The notes below the pieces were generated by a model, which saw only the letters and a list, made by a program, of their open reading frames with translations, made no database searches and was not told the DNA's origin. The translations under genes and the position numbers were made by a program. From NCBI GenBank assembly GCA_958366945.1, contig CATXCY010000010.1:6463-70462 (forward strand): a stretch of 64,000 bases of DNA. The letters are read 5' to 3'. Of this stretch, positions 58,282-64,000 are shown in pieces; the stretch's first letter is position 1, and the number at the start of each line of letters is the position of its first letter. The DNA comes from an uncultured bacterium. Its GTDB lineage: Bacteria; Vulcanimicrobiota; Xenobia; Xenobiales; Xenobiaceae.

Positions 58282-59778
58282 TTGAAATTTGAATATTTTA
58301 ATAAACCGCTGACGGGCGCTATCCTGACCATTATCTTATCTTTGGTTGGTTTCGGGCTTTTGATTATGCTTTCGGCTTCTTTGGGATTGGGAGCCATGTC
58401 GGCAGAGTATGAGTATAGCTCGCTCCATTTTTTTGTACGTCAACTTCTTTTCATGATTGTTGGCTTAATATTAATGTTTGTCATATATAAAGGCCCAGAT
58501 ATTAGCAAGTTGCGCAGTAAGTTCACTTGGCCGTTGATAATCGTTACTGGCATCTTGTTGGTTTGGGCCTTATGTACTCCTTCCGTAAATGGTGTGCGCC
58601 GTTGGATTAGTGTAGGCGGTTTCCGTTTTCAACCTGGTGAATTGGCCAAACTGACTATAGTTTTGCTTTGGGCTTGGTATTTGGTTAACAAGCGCAAAAA
58701 AATTATGGAAGTCAGTCGAACTCAAGCGGCATCTGTCAAAAGCAAAAATGGCAGTCAGGAAAAAAAATCCTGGTTGTCTATTTTTAGCAAAGATTGGTTA
58801 AAAGCGCAGTGGAGGGGAGCTTTCGAAAGTATTAAAGTGCTTTGGCCGGCTATGTTTATTACCGTTTTAATTCTTACTCTGATTGAAATTGGTAAAGACT
58901 TAGGTACAGTTATTGTTATTGTTGCCACTATGGCAATTATGATTTTTGTAGCCGGTACCGCCTTGGAGCTGATGACTATGGCCGTTTTAGGTGGCTGTGT
59001 GGGAGTTGTAGCTCTACTTTTAAAAGAGTCTTACCGTGTGTCTCGTATTGCTTATTGGCTGGATCCTTTTGCATATCAAGAAAAGGGCGGATATCAAGCG
59101 GTAAACTCTTTTATTGCCATTGGCTCTGGTGGCTTTTGGGGAGTAGGCATACCGTTTTCGCGTCAAAAATTTGATTTTCTGCCGGAAATGCACTGCGACT
59201 TTATTTATGCCATTGTCTGTGAAGAGCTGGGCTTTGCTGGAGCTTTTGGTCTTTTGCTTCTATTCGTTTGCTTAATTTGCTGTTGTTTGCGCATTGCTTC
59301 CGATTGCAAAGATCCTTACAAGTCGATGGTCGCTTTTGGTATTGCTGTTCAGGTAACTGGCCAGGCTCTATTCAATATTGGTGTAGTGACTGGCTTGCTT
59401 CCTAATAAAGGTTTACCTTTGCCATTTGTCTCGGCTGGTGGTAGCTCGCTCATTGTTACCTTAATTTCTATGGGCATATTGCTGAATATTTCCAGATATG
59501 TTGAAACTAATCCTAAGCAAGACATAATTCCTCCCAAGAAGCGCAAAATTCCGCGTGAGGGAGCCACTATTTCTTCTTCGGATCAGCAAGTTTGCGTTAC
59601 TCCAGTTAATAGCAATGAATGGGAAGCTATTGTCGCTGTATCTCGCGTAAAAAGTGAAGCTAAGTTGCCTCGTCCGGCTATTAAGGCCAGTTGGTCGTCT
59701 GCTGTCGAAGCATCTGCCAATAATGACAATTCTGAGGATGATCCTAAAGAAAATATAGAACAAAAGCCATTAGCTTAA
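58282..59778 (+). CDS. ftsW: SEDS-family peptidoglycan glycosyltransferase FtsW with long cytoplasmic C-terminal tail
   Basis: GVRRWISVGGFRFQPGELAKL. The polytopic core is about 390 aa, followed by a roughly 100-aa hydrophilic tail. Confidence 0.85.
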   Translation: MKFEYFNKPLTGAILTIILSLVGFGLLIMLSASLGLGAMSAEYEYSSLHFFVRQLLFMIVGLILMFVIYKGPDISKLRSKFTWPLIIVTGILLVWALCTPSVNGVRRWISVGGFRFQPGELAKLTIVLLWAWYLVNKRKKIMEVSRTQAASVKSKNGSQEKKSWLSIFSKDWLKAQWRGAFESIKVLWPAMFITVLILTLIEIGKDLGTVIVIVATMAIMIFVAGTALELMTMAVLGGCVGVVALLLKESYRVSRIAYWLDPFAYQEKGGYQAVNSFIAIGSGGFWGVGIPFSRQKFDFLPEMHCDFIYAIVCEELGFAGAFGLLLLFVCLICCCLRIASDCKDPYKSMVAFGIAVQVTGQALFNIGVVTGLLPNKGLPLPFVSAGGSSLIVTLISMGILLNISRYVETNPKQDIIPPKKRKIPREGATISSSDQQVCVTPVNSNEWEAIVAVSRVKSEAKLPRPAIKASWSSAVEASANNDNSEDDPKENIEQKPLA

Positions 59779-60120
59779 GTTCTTGGTAACAATGCTCTAT
59801 AAGGAGCCGCCTGATCGGATTACTCTAAGTAAAGGTGTCTCGATTTGGCGGCTGCTTATTTGCAATTACAATTAGCACTACAATGACTCATCTTGGTATA
59901 CAGCATCAGCTTTTCTCTTGTTGAGGTATCAGGCAAACTCAAAATAATTTTAACTAAATGCCTAATTATAAAACAGACTTATGCTTAAGAGCCAATTTGT
60001 TCTGCTTAAATGTTGTAAAATGGACCCGCTTAGCCAGGAAGTCGCACTTATTTTGACCAATAGTAAGCGGCAAGTTTTTCCAGGGGTGCAGTCGTTTTGC
60101 CAGAAGATAATCAGAGCCAG

Positions 60121-61488
60121 ATGAAAAATGAACAGCAGCAGCGTTCTGCCGCTCGTCCTTTAACAGCAATTTCTCCAGAAGTGGCCAAAGCTATAGCCAA
60201 AGCTTTCGGCAATCGTAAAGCTTCCAACTCAGCTTCCGAGGTGCTGGGCCAGCAGCAAAAAGGAACTGAAGCAAGTAAGAGCGCTCAAGCTCTTGGGCAG
60301 TTGCCTTTTTCTAGTGAGAACACTTTTTTGCCGTCTCCGGTCAATGTTCTTATGGGTTCTCAGCCCCTGAAAGTAGCTTTTGCTGGTGGAGGTACTGGAG
60401 GCCATTTATATCCCGCTTTAGCTGTGGCTGAGGTTCTCAGACAGAATGGCGTTCAAACTTTATTCTTCGACTCTTACCGTGGTGTAGGTCGAGAAATCGT
60501 AGGGCCGCTGGGTTATAATCTCAAAAATATCCATGCTCAAGGGCTTAGTGGCAGTATTTTTAATAAACTTTTGGCTGTAGGCAAGACTGGCCTGGGCTTT
60601 TTGGAAAGTTTGTATCATCTTTCGATTTTTAAGCCTGCTATTGTGGTTGCTTCCGGTGGCTACGTTTGCGCTCCTGTGGCTTTGGCGGCTGCTTGCTTAG
60701 ATATTCCTATTTTGCTTATGGAGCAAAACGCTTTCTTGGGCAAATCGGCTAAGTTTATTTCTTACTTAGCTCAGAAAGTATGTTTGTCTTTACCAGGCAA
60801 TTATGGCGCTGCAGTAAGTTCCAAAGCTGTTTTGACTGGCAACCCGGTGCGCACTTCCATCTTGCTTAAGGGAAGGGCCGAGGCTAGACAGGCTTTGCAA
60901 ATCCCTGCTGAGCGTTGCTGTGTGGTAGCTATGGGTGGAAGTCAGGGAGCATCCAGCTTAAATAATGCTATTTTGGCCGCTTTGCCTACTTTGGCTGATC
61001 GTGAACTTACCCTAATTCATCTTACTGGGCCCAAACATATTGAAGAAGTTACTGCTCGTAGCGTCGACTTAGTAAATGCTCACAAGATAGATTATCGCCC
61101 TCTGGCTTATACTGAAGATATGGCTTCTTTGTATGCTGTTGCCAATTTGATTATTTGCCGCTCCGGAGCTACTACTTTGGCAGAAATTACCGCTCGTGGC
61201 TTGCCTTCTATTTTGGTTCCCTATCCTTACGCTGCCGAAAATCATCAGGAAGCGAATGCCAGAATATTAGAAAATAATGGAGCTGCTCAGGTAATTTTAG
61301 ATAAGCAAGTTGAAGCTGAGCTGACTAGCAACTTAGTCTCCCTTTTGGAAGACAAAGAAAAATTAGCAACAATGGCCCGTGCCTCCGCCTCCTTGGGACA
61401 CAAGGGTGCTACCGAGGCTGTTATTGCTCAAATTCTTGAGATTATCTATAAAAATAGAACTAAAGCTTTATCCAAAAAAGGGCGCTAA
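60121..61488 (+). CDS. murG: Undecaprenyldiphospho-muramoylpentapeptide beta-N-acetylglucosaminyltransferase MurG (N-terminal boundary uncertain: TTG 60097, ATG 60121 or ATG 60352)
   Basis: LKVAFAGGGTGGHLYPALAVAEVL G-loop, C-terminal GGSQGA. The upstream in-frame Lys/Gln/Ala-rich stretch is of uncertain reality. Confidence 0.8.
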   Translation: MKNEQQQRSAARPLTAISPEVAKAIAKAFGNRKASNSASEVLGQQQKGTEASKSAQALGQLPFSSENTFLPSPVNVLMGSQPLKVAFAGGGTGGHLYPALAVAEVLRQNGVQTLFFDSYRGVGREIVGPLGYNLKNIHAQGLSGSIFNKLLAVGKTGLGFLESLYHLSIFKPAIVVASGGYVCAPVALAAACLDIPILLMEQNAFLGKSAKFISYLAQKVCLSLPGNYGAAVSSKAVLTGNPVRTSILLKGRAEARQALQIPAERCCVVAMGGSQGASSLNNAILAALPTLADRELTLIHLTGPKHIEEVTARSVDLVNAHKIDYRPLAYTEDMASLYAVANLIICRSGATTLAEITARGLPSILVPYPYAAENHQEANARILENNGAAQVILDKQVEAELTSNLVSLLEDKEKLATMARASASLGHKGATEAVIAQILEIIYKNRTKALSKKGR

Positions 61489-61595
61489 GAGCGTCCGCTG
61501 GGGCAAGCAACTTGTCTTCTTAAATTGCTTGCCTACGTTTTGTTCCGGCCTTCAGTCCAATTACCTAGTAACCGTTTACTGAAGGTTGCAAAATT

Positions 61596-63047
61596 ATGAT
61601 TAGAATGAAAGGTAACGTCATGTTGGACTTTAAACATGCCCATTTTGTTGGTATTGGGGGAATTGGTATGAGCGGTATCGCTCGTATTCTGTTACAGATG
61701 GGACATAGCGTTTCTGGTTCCGACTTGAAGAGCTCACGTATTACTCAGCGCTTAGAAGAGCTGGGAGCCCAAATTTTTTGTGGTCATAGTGCGGCTAACG
61801 TACCTGCCGACACTGATATCTTAGTGGTCTCTTCTGCCGTGCCAGCCGACAATCCGGAAGTTATGGAAGCTAAAAAACGCCATATTTTAATCGTGCAGCG
61901 CGGTCACATGCTTAGCTTGCTTATGAAACCTACCAAAGGTATAGCCGTAGCCGGTACTCATGGTAAAACTACCACTACTTCTATGATTGCTACTATGTTG
62001 GAGAGCGCTAATTTGCATCCAACAGTAGTTGTAGGCGGTGAGCTGAACGATTTAGGATCTAATGCCAAATTGGGTGACGGCAGTTATCTGGTGGCCGAGG
62101 CTGATGAATCTGACGCTTCTTTTGTCGATCTTTCTCCTTACGCGGCTGTGATAACTAGCATCGACCCTGATGTTAACTTATCTACTGAAGCTTATTGCGA
62201 TTGTGGCTATGATCATAAAAAGACTGGTCAGCGCGTAGAAGAACTCTTTTTACAATTCGCTCACCGTGTAGCTGAAGATGGCTTCGTGGTAATGTGTGGT
62301 GATCATGAAGGAGTTCGTTCTCTTATCCCTAGAGTAAAACGCAAAGTTATTTCTTACGGTTTGGGTAAAGATAATGAAATTCACGCTATAGATGTCAGCT
62401 TTGCCGATTATGCATCTCGATGCACTGTAGTGCGCAATGGTCAGAAGTTGGGCGAACTCATTTTGCGTGTGCCCGGTTTGCATAATATCCAGAATGCTTT
62501 AGCCACAGTAGCGATTGGTTTAGAAATAGGCTTGAAGTTTGAAGACATCTCTCGCTATATGGCTGGTTTTAGAGGAGTACAACGCCGCTTCCAAATTTTA
62601 GGCGAGTTTGACGGTGTTACTATTGTAGACGATTATGCTCACAATCCTAGCAAAATTAAAGCGGCCATAAAAGCTGCTCATACGGGCGAGGCTAAGCGAG
62701 TTATCGCTGTTTTCCAGCCTCATCGTTATACTCGCACTAAATTCTTCCAGGACGAATATTGTACTATTTTCGGCGAAGCTGATGTTCTGTTGGTGACTGA
62801 TGTTTACTCTGCCGGTGAAAAACCTATTGAGGGTGTAAGTGCGGAAGCCATTGTAGAAGGTGTACGCAAGTTCGGCGCTCCTCACGATGTAGTTTATGTT
62901 CCTACAGCTGCTGATATTTTGGATTATATCGGTAAGAATTGTCGTGCTGGTGATATTGTAATCTTCTTAGGTGCTGGCGACATAAATAAATGTGCTGTCC
63001 GCTGTGCCGAATTTTTAACCGCCCCGTCTCAGCCTTGTGCTAACTGA
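61596..63047 (+). CDS. murC: UDP-N-acetylmuramate--L-alanine ligase MurC
   Basis: HFVGIGGIGMSGIARIL, GTHGKTTTTSMI. Confidence 0.92.
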   Translation: MIRMKGNVMLDFKHAHFVGIGGIGMSGIARILLQMGHSVSGSDLKSSRITQRLEELGAQIFCGHSAANVPADTDILVVSSAVPADNPEVMEAKKRHILIVQRGHMLSLLMKPTKGIAVAGTHGKTTTTSMIATMLESANLHPTVVVGGELNDLGSNAKLGDGSYLVAEADESDASFVDLSPYAAVITSIDPDVNLSTEAYCDCGYDHKKTGQRVEELFLQFAHRVAEDGFVVMCGDHEGVRSLIPRVKRKVISYGLGKDNEIHAIDVSFADYASRCTVVRNGQKLGELILRVPGLHNIQNALATVAIGLEIGLKFEDISRYMAGFRGVQRRFQILGEFDGVTIVDDYAHNPSKIKAAIKAAHTGEAKRVIAVFQPHRYTRTKFFQDEYCTIFGEADVLLVTDVYSAGEKPIEGVSAEAIVEGVRKFGAPHDVVYVPTAADILDYIGKNCRAGDIVIFLGAGDINKCAVRCAEFLTAPSQPCAN

Positions 63048-63170
63048 GCGTCTCTAACTTTTTAAGGCTTTATTGAGGGCATGTTGCCTATACATTAGGG
63101 CAGCTGTCCTCTTTTGTTCCGGCTTTGGCCCAGACTACTAGACAATAACGAGGAATAGACCGTGCATTCC

Positions 63171-64000
63171 ATGCATTTGCTGCGGCGAGTATTATTGATA
63201 ATCTTTTTCTGTATGGCCCAGGGTATATTTCTTCTTTCGCCTGTATTTAAGATCGCTCACGTTCGTGTGGAAGGTAACACCCTTTTTAGTGCCGAGGAGG
63301 TAGAACGCGAATCTCCTTATAAAACCGGCTTGCTTTATTGGGCCGTGTGGCTAAATTGTGGGTCTCATCCTCTAATCGATTCGGCCATTTTGGAAAACAG
63401 TGTTTCTCTGGAGAGAAACGGCCAAGTTGTTATAAAGATAAAAGAGCGTCAGCCTGCGGTATTAGTATATTCAGAAAAGGGCCGTAACCATTGGTTTATT
63501 GTCGATAAAGAAGGTTATATTCTGAGCGAAGAGCGTCCTGGCTTTGATTGTCCTCGCCTCAAGGTCGATTTTGATGTACCTAGGCGTGGACAGATGAAAA
63601 ATGCTCTGATTAATGTTGTACTTAAGGCTGCTCCTCAATTTGAAAAAACTATCGATATAAAGCCTTTATTCTATTCTGTGGACAGTGTACAAAGCGTCAG
63701 TGCTCATATCAATTTTTTGGATCATGAAACTCTTATTAAGTTAGGTACTTTGGATAATTTTGATGTTAAATTGGAAATTGCTCGTACTTTGCTTAATCAG
63801 TTTAAGATGAAGCTGAAAAAGGTAGACATAATCGATGTTCGCTTTAATAATGTTTTTATAAAAGAATATAAACCTGACAAAGTAACAGCGTCTGCTGCTT
63901 CTAAAGATAGCGCTAAAGAGGGTGAGGAAAACAACTCGTCTGAGCCTGTTTCTGAGCAACAGTCTACTAATGAAACTGAGTCTAGAGCTGAAGTTGGTAA
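63171..64000 (+). CDS. ftsQ: FtsQ/DivIB-like cell-division protein (3'-partial; frame open to window end)
   Basis: ATG after the RBS aggaatag. TM helix LLIIFFCMAQGIFLL, then POTRA-like IAHVRVEGNTLFSAEEV. No stop codon before nt 64000. Confidence 0.6.
   Translation, partial: MHLLRRVLLIIFFCMAQGIFLLSPVFKIAHVRVEGNTLFSAEEVERESPYKTGLLYWAVWLNCGSHPLIDSAILENSVSLERNGQVVIKIKERQPAVLVYSEKGRNHWFIVDKEGYILSEERPGFDCPRLKVDFDVPRRGQMKNALINVVLKAAPQFEKTIDIKPLFYSVDSVQSVSAHINFLDHETLIKLGTLDNFDVKLEIARTLLNQFKMKLKKVDIIDVRFNNVFIKEYKPDKVTASAASKDSAKEGEENNSSEPVSEQQSTNETESRAEVG

Noticed and set aside
1-64000. CRISPR arrays, IS elements, integrases, tRNA/rRNA genes
   Set aside because: No spaced direct repeats were seen apart from the coding 51-bp tandem repeats. 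No transposase- or integrase-like ORFs were seen, and there are no rRNA-like stretches.

Overview
Bacterial chromosomal segment with compact, mostly operonic gene organisation. It has many strong rho-independent terminators and frequent TTG/GTG starts. No rRNA, tRNA, CRISPR array, transposase or integrase could be supported from the sequence.

Housekeeping content:
- 5'-truncated MFS transporter
- mutL
- RluB-type pseudouridine synthase
- dnaG-rpoD
- DEAD-box helicase
- Sua5/TsaC
- a nearly complete dcw cluster: rsmH-ftsL-ftsI-murE-murF-mraY-murD-ftsW-murG-murC-ftsQ (ftsQ 3'-truncated). It lacks mraZ and has no murB/ddl between murC and ftsQ.

Accessory content, and the most interesting parts:
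1. 1.5-8.9 kb: a REC-TPR-SARP hybrid regulator sits divergent from a type II secretion/type IV pilus-like operon. The operon encodes a GspK-like pseudopilin, a prepilin-type pseudopilin, a pilin fused to a beta-propeller, a GspF platform protein and a pseudo-receiver protein.
2. 24.9-31.0 kb: a cassette of tandem paralogs. Two Zn-ribbon helical proteins are followed by two signal-peptide-less peptidoglycan-amidase proteins (CHAP domain, and a Tae4-like papain-fold amidase). The two amidases share a near-identical ~50-aa internal module. Each gene has its own terminator and no immunity genes are evident. This looks like a polymorphic cell-wall-toxin/effector locus of unknown secretion route.
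3. 39.2-48.0 kb: a minus-strand operon with two B12-binding radical SAM enzymes and two SPASM-type radical SAM enzymes. It also encodes a DegT-like aminotransferase with 51-bp tandem repeats giving a proline-rich C-terminus, and an FAD oxidoreductase. The product is unknown.
4. 31-37 kb: a second DegT aminotransferase plus heparinase II/III-like gene pair, and an Hsp70-like plus putative DUF2760 pair.
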